A stretch of DNA of 63,858 nucleotides, counting the filler, from Octopus bimaculoides (Eukaryota), in assembly GCF_001194135.2 (NCBI RefSeq). It is 7 parts of 7 records of this genome, joined end to end, with 100 filler letters (N's around TTAATTAATTAA, not from the genome) between each part and the next. Parts side by side here need not be neighbours in the genome. Positions count along the whole stretch, not along the records: positions 46,183 to 51,781 come from NC_068990.1; positions 51,882 to 53,031 come from NW_026433284.1; positions 53,132 to 60,009 come from NC_068994.1; 4 more parts are not named here. One strand, given 5' to 3'. The number at the start of each line of letters is the position of its first letter. The stretch's first letter is position 1. Below the pieces are notes generated by a model. The model made no database searches. It was not told where the DNA came from and worked only from the letters and a program-made list of their open reading frames with translations. The translations under genes were made by a program, and so were the position numbers. This document shows, piece by piece, positions 46,773-58,431 of the stretch.

Positions 46773-47089
46773 CTATTTAAATACGGTAACTTCACCTGTC
46801 CCATCACTTTCTTCTAAAAATAGTGTTTGCCCAACAATTCAAGCCTTCACTTTAATTAACAAAACTGCAGGTACTTTTGATGACATGGGTATACTAGTTT
46901 ATAATAATAATGATGATAATAATAATCCTTTCTACTATAGACACAAAGCCTAAAATTTTAGTAGAGGGGTTTAGTCAATTACATTAACCTCAGTGCTGAA
47001 CTAGTAATATTTCAACGACCCCGAGAGTAGACCTCGGCAGAATTTGAAATCGTTTTATCTAATGTGCCAGCTCGTTAGCTTAATAATGA

Positions 47090-47425
47090 TAATAAGTCTT
47101 TCTACTATAGGTACAAGGCCTGAAGTTTTGAGGGGAAGTAGGGTAGTTGATTAGAGCAACCTGAGTGCTAAACTGGTACTTATTTCATTGACTCCAAAAG
47201 GATGAAAGGTGAAGTCGAAAGGAACATATAAAGATGAACAAAATGATGTCAAATGCTGAGTGGCATTTCATCCATCTTTATGTTCAGAGTTCAAATTTCA
47301 CCAAGGTCGACTTTGCCTTTCATCCTTTTGAGGTCGATAAAATAAGTACCAGTTAAGCACCAGGGTTGATGTAATTGACTTAACCCAAACTCCACAGAAT
47401 TTGCTTTCTTTGTGCCAAAGTTTGA
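47090..47425. mobile_element. Two CpG-decayed SINE family B copies in opposite orientation
   Basis: Minus copy about 47090-47250, plus copy about 47255-47425. Confidence 0.7.
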
Positions 47426-47479
47426 AACCAATAAAAATAATCCTTTTATTTGTCACTACTGTGATGAACATTTGGGGAA

Positions 47480-48512
47480 GGATCTAGTTTTTTTCATTTG
47501 CAAAANNNNNNNNNNNNNNNNNNNNNNNNNNNNNNNNNNNNNNNNNNNNNNNNNNNNNNNNNNNNNNNNNNNNNNNNNNNNNNNNNNNNNNNNNNNNNNN
47601 NNNNNNNNNNNNNNNNNNNNNNNNNNNNNNNNNNNNNNNNNNNNNNNNNNNNNNNNNNNNNNNNNNNNNNNNNNNNNNNNNNNNNNNNNNNNNNNNNNNN
47701 NNNNNNNNNNNNNNNNNNNNNNNNNNNNNNNNNNNNNNNNNNNNNNNNNNNNNNNNNNNNNNNNNNNNNNNNNNNNNNNNNNNNNNNNNNNNNNNNNNNN
47801 NNNNNNNNNNNNNNNNNNNNNNNNNNNNNNNNNNNNNNNNNNNNNNNNNNNNNNNNNNNNNNNNNNNNNNNNNNNNNNNNNNNNNNNNNNNNNNNNNNNN
47901 NNNNNNNNNNNNNNNNNNNNNNNNNNNNNNNNNNNNNNNNNNNNNNNNNNNNNNNNNNNNNNNNNNNNNNNNNNNNNNNNNNNNNNNNNNNNNNNNNNNN
48001 NNNNNNNNNNNNNNNNNNNNNNNNNNNNNNNNNNNNNNNNNNNNNNNNNNNNNNNNNNNNNNNNNNNNNNNNNNNNNNNNNNNNNNNNNNNNNNNNNNNN
48101 NNNNNNNNNNNNNNNNNNNNNNNNNNNNNNNNNNNNNNNNNNNNNNNNNNNNNNNNNNNNAGACAATTGACGAAAAATACCTATAATAAAATTTTAATTG
48201 ATAAATATAAATTTTTACCAAAACAAAACACGCGGGTGAAGTAAATTTCATGGTGGGAAGAATCAACACAACAATCGGGTGGAACACAGCATAACGTGCG
48301 GTTGTAATGGTAACAAGTTGTTAATGCCTCACTGTCTGTTGATTGACTAAAATTACCCAAATTTCTCAACTTCAATTCCAAATATCAGATTCTTTAATTT
48401 ATGAGATAAAATAATTGGTTGATCGTTATCAAAATTCAGAGTTGCATCGATACACCAAAATTGAAAGCAAAATTAAAGGGGGCTCATTTTGCAAATGAAA
48501 AAGACTAGATCC
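47480..48512. mobile_element. Possible TIR element with GGATCTAG...CTAGATCC ends, partly in a gap
   Basis: 47480-47505 is the imperfect reverse complement of 48487-48512; no convincing TSD. Confidence 0.4.
48219..48251 (-). CDS. Candidate first coding exon (MKFTSPACFVL)
   Basis: Kozak-like CCCACCATG, donor TTG|GTAAAA, inside the CpG-retaining island. Confidence 0.3.
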
Positions 48513-48914
48513 GAGGGGGATGAGGGTTAATCTAAAATCATAAAGGATAGGATGAAACTGATTTCAAATTACTGCCGGGGCTAATTTGAAATCAATTTCA
48601 CCCACCAGCCAGTAATCTGAATGCAATTTCAAGTTACCGGGAGGCAATCCAAAATCGTTACACCGTGTGATTACCACCGGTGTTCAGTGTTGTATTGTTG
48701 TTGATATTATTTCTAGCAACGTAAACCCTGTGAACCTTTGCATTCAAATTGCGACTCCTGTTTTCGAAATCCATTGTAGATTTTAATAACTCTGGTGGTC
48801 AATAAAAAACAAATATCAATTAGTCTTGGTTAAACAAGCACACTGAGCTAAGAAAAGAAAGAATTACTTCCGTTAGTAACTTCAGTTTAGAAGCCTCTTG
48901 CGGAGTGAGTGAAA
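48252..48914. promoter_or_regulatory. Candidate (bidirectional) promoter island
   Basis: CpG retained relative to the flanks; ETS-like ACTTCCGTT at 48866, Inr-like TCAGTT at 48882, 18-bp-arm hairpin at 48554-48599. Confidence 0.45.
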
Positions 48915-49025
48915 ATGGAAAATATGGCTGGTGATGGAAATAATTCTGAAAATCAGCTTTTTAAGATTCTCGAAAATGAAATTTCTGCCGAGCAATGGAT
49001 GAGATGGAAGCAGATGAAGAAACAG
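48915..49025 (+). CDS. Candidate first coding exon of an unidentified plus-strand gene
   Basis: ATG 48915 gives MENMAGDGNNSENQLFKILENEISAEQWMRWKQMKKQ (phase 0); ATG 48995 gives MDEMEADEET (phase 1); donor CAG|GTTAGT followed by T-rich intron-like sequence. Confidence 0.55.
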
Positions 49026-49435
49026 GTTAGTTTTATTTTTTATTTGGATATAAGTCTTTCTTCGTTTTAGCAGCTTTTCATTTTAATGGTTTATCCTAGA
49101 AAAAAAAATGCATATAATCTTTCGGTATATCCTAGAATATAATTTTTTTTAAAAATGAGGCGAGAGCAATCTTTATTTCAGTGTTAATTTTTATTCAGCA
49201 TTAAATAGTTTTGCAGTTTAAGAAGGTGCCCTAACATCGGCTACTTTCACAAAGTAATAGGGTCCCGCGAGTAATGGGGGGAGGGGGTATATTGAGAATT
49301 TTTTTGTTTTACTTTAAAATTTTTCAGACTTTTATTGTTTAATTCCTTGATCCTTTGTCAGTTGCCTGTACCCACATGAAAGATGTTTTGACCTATGTGA
49401 CTTTAATTCGACGGTGTATTGCTTGTTATTTCTAG

Positions 49436-49480
49436 ATTGAGCGGCAACATAATAGCTTCTTTGTTGGCTCGTCCTTGTTC
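49436..49480 (+). CDS. Possible second exon (IERQHNSFFVGSSLF)
   Basis: Acceptor TTGCTTGTTATTTCTAG|, in frame with the 48915 exon, weak donor GTAAAA. Confidence 0.25.
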
Positions 49481-50929
49481 GTAAAATTTGTAACTTTTAA
49501 AACAAATCCATCTCAGAGTTTTTTTAGACTGTGATTCCATACGATATTTTAAAGGTTTCTATTTGTTCCTTGTAAAAATTTTCATAAAATGTTATGGACA
49601 ACCAGGATCTCATTATATATGTCAAACTGGTTAACATGCAGTAGTGAAGACCCTTGTCAGACCTGTTCAAGTCAAACCTATGATAAAATGCAGGACCATA
49701 TTATGATAGGGTGTGATTTGATGGAAATTTGATTACTATTTTCTGTAGGTTGAGAACTATAGAGGGTTCTTCCTCGTCAGAAAATGCTTAGTCCCATGTT
49801 AGCACTTAATCGAGCAGGCCTATAAAAAGGCATTCTAGCCATGACCATCTCATCTTTTCAGGCACAGTTAATCGTGGACTACAATATCTGTTATCCCCCG
49901 CCCCCTTTTAAAGACGGTTGGTTGTTATTTGTAACATTACTGATATACTGGCAGCTTTAGCAACAACGTAGAGGCTTTCTCGTTGACTGGTCGTGGCTCC
50001 CATGTAGACTTAATAAACAGTCTAATCATGTCTTTCTTTGTTTCAGTAGCAATAATAGCACACTTTTCATTTTATTAATATCTAAGACAATCAAATCACA
50101 ATTATTTGGAATGTGTTTGTCATCACTATATGCAATTGACTTAGAAATCACAAATAAAGGATTGCTGAAAATGCAAGTGGAGATCCTAGCTAGCTAAAAG
50201 AACAAGGGAGACAAATATGTTTACTCTAATAATAGGTGGTGTAATATTCTTGTACATTGCTGAATGATCAGAGTTGTACTTAAATGATTCGTTTCATATT
50301 ATTAGAAGAAAATGTTATACTTGAATCACAATGACGCTTTTGTAAGATTGATGCACAGTAAAAATAATTTTTGCTGCAAGACGACCTCAGGAGTTTTTTG
50401 CTTGCTGACCTGATCAAGAAAGTGCCAAAGACGCAATTATTTGATGAGATCCTATTTTACTAGACATCAGATCGGTCAGTTTTAATGATATCAATAATTG
50501 AGCAAATTGTGTTTGTGTTGTTTAGTTGTTTTTGCATCAGATACAGTGAACGAAGTTCAATTGTAAAGTGTTTTGGGACTGCCAAACATTCCTGTTACAG
50601 GGTTGACAGTTAACATTCAGAAAAATGTGGTCATTTTTAAATGGCACACATTATTGCCCTCTCTCCTCCACACTTTATCAGTACAACAGCAATGGTTAAA
50701 CTTACCTTCTCAATTCAGACATTGAGGCAGCATAATTTCTAATGACTGCACACTGAATAAGATTACTCAAAAAGAGGGTGTTTCCAAATAACTATCTCCA
50801 CTTTGATACCAAGGTTCTTGTTTACTGAGTAGACTGGGATTTCACTCACCTATGTCACCAGATAGATGAGGTTTTAACGACCAGAACAAAGATGCACACA
50901 GTATAGTGATAGTCAACAATAATTTCAGA

Positions 50930-51710
50930 ATTTAGCATGATGGTAGCAGTCCACCAATGTTCAGTTCTCATTATAGTACTACAGGCAATCACAGAGCAGT
51001 TTCAGACTTACTGTGCATGGGAGCTCCTATATATTGACAATCTAGTTCTTTAGGCGAGGGACCAGAAGGGAAATTCCTGGCATGCAAACTAAATCAAGAA
51101 TTGAGAGACCTAAAGTTAAACATATTAAAGACAAAAGTTTTAGTAAATGGGGGAAAAGAGACAGGACCCTAGTATTTTCAGGGAAATGTCCTTGATCAAT
51201 ATGCAGAAAAGAAGTAAGTATAACTGCCATATGCTGTACCCAATGTAAGCTATGGACACACAAGAGGTGTAGTTGAATCGCAGGCAGACTAACAGATGAA
51301 ATAAGTGTCATATTTCACAGATGCACTGAAGCGGTATGTACTATGTGCACATCAAAAGTAGATTCTTTTAGTTTATTGGAAGTATTCAATAGCTTTTGCT
51401 ACCTAAAAGATTAAATATCAGGGTGGTGGTTGCTGCCAAAGTATAGTAGCCAATGCAAATGTTTTGAGAGAAAAGATGGACATCAGAGGAATCCTATGTT
51501 GTGTGCAAGAAAGAAGATCATTCTGATATGGACATATGATGTGTATGGATGAGCTTAGCTGTATAATGAAGTACCTATCACTTAATGTGGATGTAGCTTG
51601 CAGAAGTGGGTAACCCATGAAGAACTGAAGACTGATCTTAGGACCTTGAACCTCACTGAGGAAATGACAAAGGTCCAGGATGATTGAGAATATATAGTTT
51701 CAAGAAGACT
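50930..51710 (+). mobile_element. Degraded RTE LINE (RT domain with Cys-rich insert)
   Basis: IIVLQAITEQFQTYCAWELLYIDN (YADD-like), KTKVLV, CTQCKLWTHKRCS, LREKMDIRGI..VQERR..YGH. Confidence 0.8.
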
Positions 51711-51739
51711 TACCTACCTTGGCAAAATTGAGATTCTGG

Positions 51740-51781
<42 letters not shown>

Positions 51782-52908
51782 NNNNNNNNNNNNNNNNNNN
51801 NNNNNNNNNNNNNNNNNNNNNNNNNTTAATTAATTAANNNNNNNNNNNNNNNNNNNNNNNNNNNNNNNNNNNNNNNNNNNNCCCCCCCCCAATATATATA
51901 ACACGTTTGTCTATGATACATATATAATACAAAACCACATTAAACTACAAATATAAAACTGAAGAAAACACAAACGTGAGTGAAGAAAGAAAGAAAAAGA
52001 GAAAAAACATCAATTCAACACCAAGTGCCTTGAATGGTTGCACACCACAAGGTTTGATGGAACCTACTGAAGCAAACCAACACACTCATAGCAACGGCGA
52101 AGCTAAGGCATTGGTATGGCCAAGCACTCTCATAGGCATTACCTGACACCTTAGTGAGGTGAGCCACCAACAATGACCAGGTAGTTTGTATCATAGAACC
52201 AGGAGCAGTCTCAGGTGAGTTAGTGTCAAAAAGGATTTTTTTAAAAATCACAAAATAAAATATGAAATAATTCTGGTAATGACAGTATAGTCATTCAATA
52301 ACTCATCCAGGAAGACCATGGAAGATATGGCTGTGATAAAAAATAGAAAAATAATATGACACAATGGAATGGTTACTGCAAACCCATCAGATTAGAATTA
52401 AGAACTGTAAACTAATGATGGAGTCACTAACTAATAGTGTTTTTACTGCTAACAGGAATGACATGAGCTAATGTATAGGTACCAATTTATATTTGGAAGA
52501 ACCAAGCCAGTGACGACTGTTGATTTTTCATGGACATATGCAGTGCTGGTGATAGAATATGAACCAGCAACCCTTTATCTAACTGATCAATATGATCAAT
52601 ACAACATTAATGAGAGAACCTAGTCATCTGACTAGCTAGAAATAGCAGCCAAATCTCTTTCTCAAATAACATCTTAAAACCAAAACACAAGAAAAGACAC
52701 AGTGGACAGTGTAGTTTTGGGTACGCAATAAGACTAGATGGTCATGACTTGAATGTCTTAGGTAATGGCTCAGTACAGTCAGGGATGACTCAGGGTTAAA
52801 TAACAGTAGCAGTAGCAGCACTATTGACTTAACTACTTGAGGCCTTGAAAGTTAACATATAACAAATACACAAATATATACAAATGGGTCATTAAAAATT
52901 TAGAGTAG

Positions 52909-53684
52909 TGGTTTTCAACCATTTTTTGTCTATGGACCCACTTTGATACCTATCTAACTCTAATGGATGCCATAGCCATTTGATGTCATCATCATCATCA
53001 TCATCATCGTTTAACGTCCACTTTCCATGCTNNNNNNNNNNNNNNNNNNNNNNNNNNNNNNNNNNNNNNNNNNNNTTAATTAATTAANNNNNNNNNNNNN
53101 NNNNNNNNNNNNNNNNNNNNNNNNNNNNNNNTGTGTGTGTGTGTGTGTGTGTGTGTCTTTTACTTGTTTCAGTCATTAGACTGCGGTCATGCTGAGACAC
53201 CACCTCGAATTACGGTTCATGGTTCAGGGTTCGGTTCCACTGCGTGGTACCTTGGGCAAGTGTCTTCTACAATAGACTCGGGCCGACCAAAGCCTTATGA
53301 GTGGATTTGGTAGACGGAAACTGAAAGAAGCCCGTTGTATACATGTATGCATATAAGTTTATGTGTGTGTGTGTGTGCGTGTGAGTCTTTGTGCCTGTGT
53401 TTCTGCCCCACCACCGCCTGACAACTGGTGTTGGTGTGCTTACGTCCTCGTAAGCTAACGGGTCGGCAAGAGATATCGTTAGATTAAGTACCAGGCTTTA
53501 AAAATGTACTCGGGTCGATTGATTCGATTCAAAATTTCCTCAAGGTGGTGCCTCAGCATGACTGCAGTCTAATGACTGAAACAAAAAATAAGATTTTTTC
53601 AAACATCGAATGTTTATTAGGATCCATCCGAGTAAAATAAGAATCAAAGGGTTCCACAGGAGAAGAATGGTTGAGAAGCACTCT
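52909..53684. mobile_element. hAT-type MITE with nested SINE A insertions
   Basis: TAGTGGTTTTCAACCATT and AATGGTTGAGAAGCACT inverted ends; SINE A tail (-) at 53155-53205 and SINE A (+) at 53205-53585 inside. Confidence 0.5.
53205..53585 (+). mobile_element. SINE family A
   Basis: B box, core, body and tail. Confidence 0.85.
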
Positions 53685-54054
53685 AGAATCACTAAAAGAA
53701 CAGATAGAACGACACATTATATGACGTAGTTGGGGTATTGGTATTTTTCATTCATAATTAGAGAGCAAATGCATTGAAATATAGTCCTAAATACACTGCG
53801 ACAATAAATATATTATATAATTATGAAAATAACACTGAGCACACGTTTGTTGTTAATAATATAATGTGTTTACGATTACATACGGTTCCATATAATACGA
53901 TGCGTTGATACTCTAATTATGAACAGGAAAAACTACAATATACCCAGCTATCTATCGCAGTATAGTTTATTCTAACAGAACACCCACGCTTAAGTAGGGA
54001 TAGATATTACCTCTCGGTATTGATGCTGCCTCTGTCATATATATATATATATAT

Positions 54055-55008
54055 ACTAGCTGACGTACCAGGTAATTCCCGGAAAAGCGGGGCTTATCCC
54101 TTGATTCTGTTCTCATAATTGTTTCGCTAATCCAATAACAACAATACAAAGTATGTAGCCCTTAAAACGGTTTTTGTGCATTTACAGGGAATACCGAACT
54201 GTCTAACACAGGGACTTGTTTTTAGGAATTCCCAATAAGTTATGTATACTCAAATTGTGAAGTCAATTATGTAATAACATTAAATTAGTAACCCGATAGT
54301 AAGAATTCAAATAAAGTAGCCCCAAAATGGTTTTAATGCGTTCCCAGAGTATATAGAACATAGGAAGAAATACTAATAAGGTATGTATACTAACATTGTG
54401 AAGCATGTTAAGTAATAACAGGATAATCAGATATGAGATAATAACAATTCAAAGTAAATAACTCTGAAAAGGGCTTTTGTGCGTTCCCAGAGAATATTAC
54501 CCTCAGAGGCGCTAGTGTGAATAAGTCACTAACCGAAATAAGTGGATCTATTGTTTAGGAAAATATTATTTACTTGTTTAAGGGTTGTACTGGATAAATT
54601 GCGAAAATAACTCTAACAGTTTAAATAATAAGAAATAAGCATACTCAATTTCATTTTTACCAAATAATTTATGAAAATGAATGGGTTATTTCCCTTGGCT
54701 AGATATAAGGATCACTTCCAGGGACGAATGGGTTATTTTCCTTATTTTTAAAAATAAAATATATTAGATATATATAAGGATATATATATATAACGATATA
54801 TATATATAAGGATATATATATATAAGGATCCCTTCCAGGGGCCCTATTATCGATTTTTTTCAACAATCTGAGTATGGCATGACGTTTCCAGACATGAGTT
54901 CTACTCAGGTGTCAAGCTTCATCAAAATCGATAAAACGATGTAGAAGGAGTTAGCTAACAACTCTACAAACACACCCACAGACAGAATTTCCCACATATG
55001 TTGTAGAT
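54055..55008 (+). mobile_element. Helitron-like non-autonomous element with internal about 155-bp tandem units
   Basis: Starts TA|CTAGCTG...CCCGG after (TA)n; 3' part TTCATCAAAATCG...ACAAACACACCCACAGACAGAATTT...TAGAT resembles Lep1/DINE-1-type ends; three diverged units at about 54157, 54317, 54458. Confidence 0.45.
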
Positions 55009-55689
55009 TATGTTCTGTAATGTATTTACTCAACTTCAAAACAGAAAAAGTTCGACAGAAATTATTCAAGCAACTGTTAGAACATTTAAAAGAAAGGAAG
55101 AACCAGTGCATTCGCTGGACCTTTAATAACCTTAAAACACACGTCATACATACGTATGATACATTCTACAAAACAATGGGAAAGCTATATTATTTTGAGC
55201 AGAAGATAAAGTTAATATCACGACGATAACTATTCCTTTACTCGATTGACTGAATTGCTTAAACATGAATTAATGTACTAGTAGCTAAGCATTTCAAAGA
55301 CACATTTACTATTAACGTGAGTCGCAAAGACAATCAGCATTACACAGTGTTTGTGACATGGTTGTATCTTCCAAATTACGCTTACAATCCACTTGATTAT
55401 CTTCACAGTTTGCGTCAATTCAGTTTCACTCTCAAGGTGTAGGACAACACGACACAATAGAAAATGATATTTGCCCAAGATATTACGCAGTGGGATCGAA
55501 CCCAAGACCTCGAGGTTGCGAAGTAAATTTCTTAGACATTTTGTCGTACTGCAACTTCCATTCTGACAATGTACACACCACATACGTGCTCGCGCGCACA
55601 CACACACCACATACGTGCTCGCGCGCACACGCGCGCACACACACTCTCTCTCGCGCGCACACTCACACACGTATTTGTTNNNNNNNNNN

Positions 55690-55840
55690 GTTTCAAACTT
55701 TGGCATAAGACCAGCGTCTTCGAGGAGGGGTAAGTCAATTACATCGACGCCAGTGCTCAACTGGTACTTATTTTATCGACCCCGAAAGAAATAAAAAGGG
55801 AAGTCAATCTCGGCGGAATTTGAACTCAGAACGTAAAGAC
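55690..55840 (-). mobile_element. SINE family B
   Basis: Reverse complement of the central domain. Confidence 0.8.
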
Positions 55841-56032
55841 GTACGTTCCGAATTCAAATTCCCGACTCACTTGTATCTCCTCCCGGCGCATTAGTTTCCC
55901 CTCCTTTTTTAAATCATATTCTATTCTTCGCCCTCCTTATCCACTACATCCACTCCATATTTGCCAGAATACTGCCCACCACCAAAAATTACTCACTTTA
56001 TGAATATGCTCTTAAATATGAATAAACAACTT

Positions 56033-56730
56033 AAGAACTATTGTTATATTTCGGGATGGTCATCACTCATCTGTGGTCTCTTAAGCGACTCTTTTATCCG
56101 TGTGTTTCCTCCTTAGTTGCAGAGTAAATTTCTTAGCCATTTTGTCATACTGCAGCTACCATTCTAACAATTATACACAAGAGGAAACACGTGGATGGGA
56201 GATTCGCTGAAGAGGTTACAGATGTGTGACGACAATGGACATAGATAAAATATGAACAATAATAAACGAGTGAAGAACGAATATATAGTGCGTGTGTTTA
56301 TTTGGTAAGACAAATAATGGCTATACCGAAATATAGCAATAATGTAATTCTCAGGGAGATTCAGCGTGACAAAGANNNNNNNNNNAAGAACTATTGTTAT
56401 ATTTCGGGATGGTCATCACTCATCTGTGGTCTCTTCAGCGACTCTTCTATCCATGTGTTTCCTCCTTAGTTGCGGAGTAAATTTCTTAGCGATCTTGTCA
56501 TACTGCAGCTACCATTCTGACAATTATACACAAGAGGAAACACGTGGATGGGAGACTCGCTGAAGAGGTTACAGATGTGTGACGACAATGGACATAAGTT
56601 AAAATAAGAACAATATTAAACGAGTGAAGAACGAATATATATAGTGCGTGTGTTTATTTGGTAAGACAAAAAATGGCTATCCGAAATATAGCAATAATGT
56701 AATTCTCAGGGAGATTCAGCGTGACAAAGA
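56033..56730. repeat. About 345-bp tandem duplication separated by a 10-N gap; each copy has an internal hairpin
   Basis: 56033-56375 versus 56386-56730, roughly 14 differences by manual alignment. Confidence 0.85.
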
Positions 56731-56885
56731 ATGTGACAAAGCTGGCTCTTTGAAATACAGGTACTACTCATTTTTGCCAGTTGAGTGGACTGGAGCAACA
56801 TGAAAATAAAGTGTCTTGCTGAAGGACACAACTCACGACCGTAAGATTGTGAGCTGAATGCCCTAACCACTAAGTCATGCGCTTT
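56700..56885 (-). mobile_element. SINE family C, 5' part
   Basis: Reverse complement of head and core (AGTGTCTTGCTGAAGGACAC). Confidence 0.75.
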
Positions 56886-57150
56886 CACGAACATTCATTA
56901 ACATAAAATAAAATACAATATGTATAAGAGATGCCTACACATGTTTCAATTTGGTCACTATGTAAAAAGTGCTTCGGAATATTCGAACTATGTTAATAGT
57001 TTTAGTATCTTCAGGGCTTTCTCATTCAAAAGGCTAATGCTTACATATTTTTCTCTCAGGAATACAAGTTGGTGGTAAAGAGCTTTCTAGATAAGATGTA
57101 TGAGGACTACATATTCATATGTTGAGTATCTACGTAATGTAAACATTAAT

Positions 57151-57202
57151 TAAGGGTAAGATATTGTGAAGACGTTAACGTTTTCACAATATCTTACCCT
57201 TA
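57151..57202. repeat. 52-bp near-perfect palindrome
   Basis: TAAGGGTAAGATATTGTGAAGACGTT|AACGTTTTCACAATATCTTACCCTTA. Confidence 0.9.
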
Positions 57203-57808
57203 TTACATTATGTCTCTCACAATCCTTAAACGTCTATATATTCTCTTAAATTGTTGTATAATGTGCATCTAAACACATAACCGTCTTTTTTAATAATCCC
57301 TAATAGGTTTTTAGAAAGTTTTGATAAGCTAATACCTCCCACTATTACTCCATCGGCGTCCCCTCATACTTTTCTAACAAACTAATGTTTACATAAGTAT
57401 CCACAATATTTTTTCTCCTTTTTCTTATAGTAATAATTGTATATTAGACTGTTTATCCCTATATATTGAGATTGAGAAAATTCTCCCAATATATCACTGA
57501 TAACACCAGTTGATCTCTGGATTTCATAATCCCCAAAGAGGACATTATATCCTCAACTGACTATATATATATATATATGTATATATGTATATATGTATAA
57601 CAATAATAACATGCGGAAATTCATAGGCTTTATTAATGAAACACTTCTACATTCCACAGGATCATTAGGTAGTACTTTTTCATATTCATATGATATTACA
57701 AAAGATTACTCTTAATAGTTACGAATTTGTATCTTTTTTCCATATCTCCATTTTAGTGTAGGTGCTTCTTCAGGCATTGTATTTACCTTTCTGCCAGCTA
57801 GAAGACAT

Positions 57809-57846
<38 letters not shown>

Positions 57847-57849
<3 letters not shown>

Positions 57850-58431
57850 GGGGTCTGATTAATAAGTATCCAGACTGTTGCCATAGTAACGAAACTAAAA
57901 CACGCAGAGTGAAGCGACTTGGCACAGATTGACCATAAATTCTGCTGTGTGTGTGCACTAAGTTATAAAGTTCTAGCTCGTTTACGTTGTTTACAACAGT
58001 GCCTAGAAGGAAGGTGTGTAGTGTGTGATCGTCGCATTGACCATGACAGACAGAATTGTCATGGCGATACTTGCTCAGAGGCCCATGCAAAGTTGCAGAA
58101 AGTGTATAGATAGGGGTGTATGAGCCGCACACAAGTGTTCGATATTGACGAACGTTCTGGGAGACCCGCAACCAGCAGAACTGAGAAAAGCATCGCAGGT
58201 ATGCGTGAAGCTGTGAGGAGAAATCGTTGCATCACCATCCGTGAGTTATTAGAGTATGTTCAGATTAGTTACGGTTCAGTTCAGTCCATTATTACTGAAG
58301 ATTTGGGTATGAGAGTCTGCCAAGTTTGTGCTAAAACTGCCTTCAGCTGAACAAAAGACACTCAGGTTTCAGAAGCACAAGATCTTGATTGTGTCGAGAA
58401 CGATGAAAACTTTTGTAAAACTTTGCGTAGG
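57847..58431 (+). mobile_element. Second copy of the two-left-end mariner derivative, cut by a gap
   Basis: Same TIR, same internal deletion (GACAGAATTGTCATGGCGATAC) and same inversion junction (...TTTGCGTAGG) as 26988-27842. Confidence 0.85.

Noticed and set aside
50700-50860. Minus-strand consensus donors (AAG|GTAAGT at 50706, TAG|GTGAGT at 50850) and a 47-nt exon-like segment
   Set aside because: They could not be joined into a consistent reading frame with neighbouring candidates, and such motifs occur by chance at this scale.
56200-56350. Extended hammerhead (CTGAAGA...GAAA...GTA) in the tandem unit
   Set aside because: Stems I and II pair poorly and the core halves are more than 100 nt apart; not supportable by eye.
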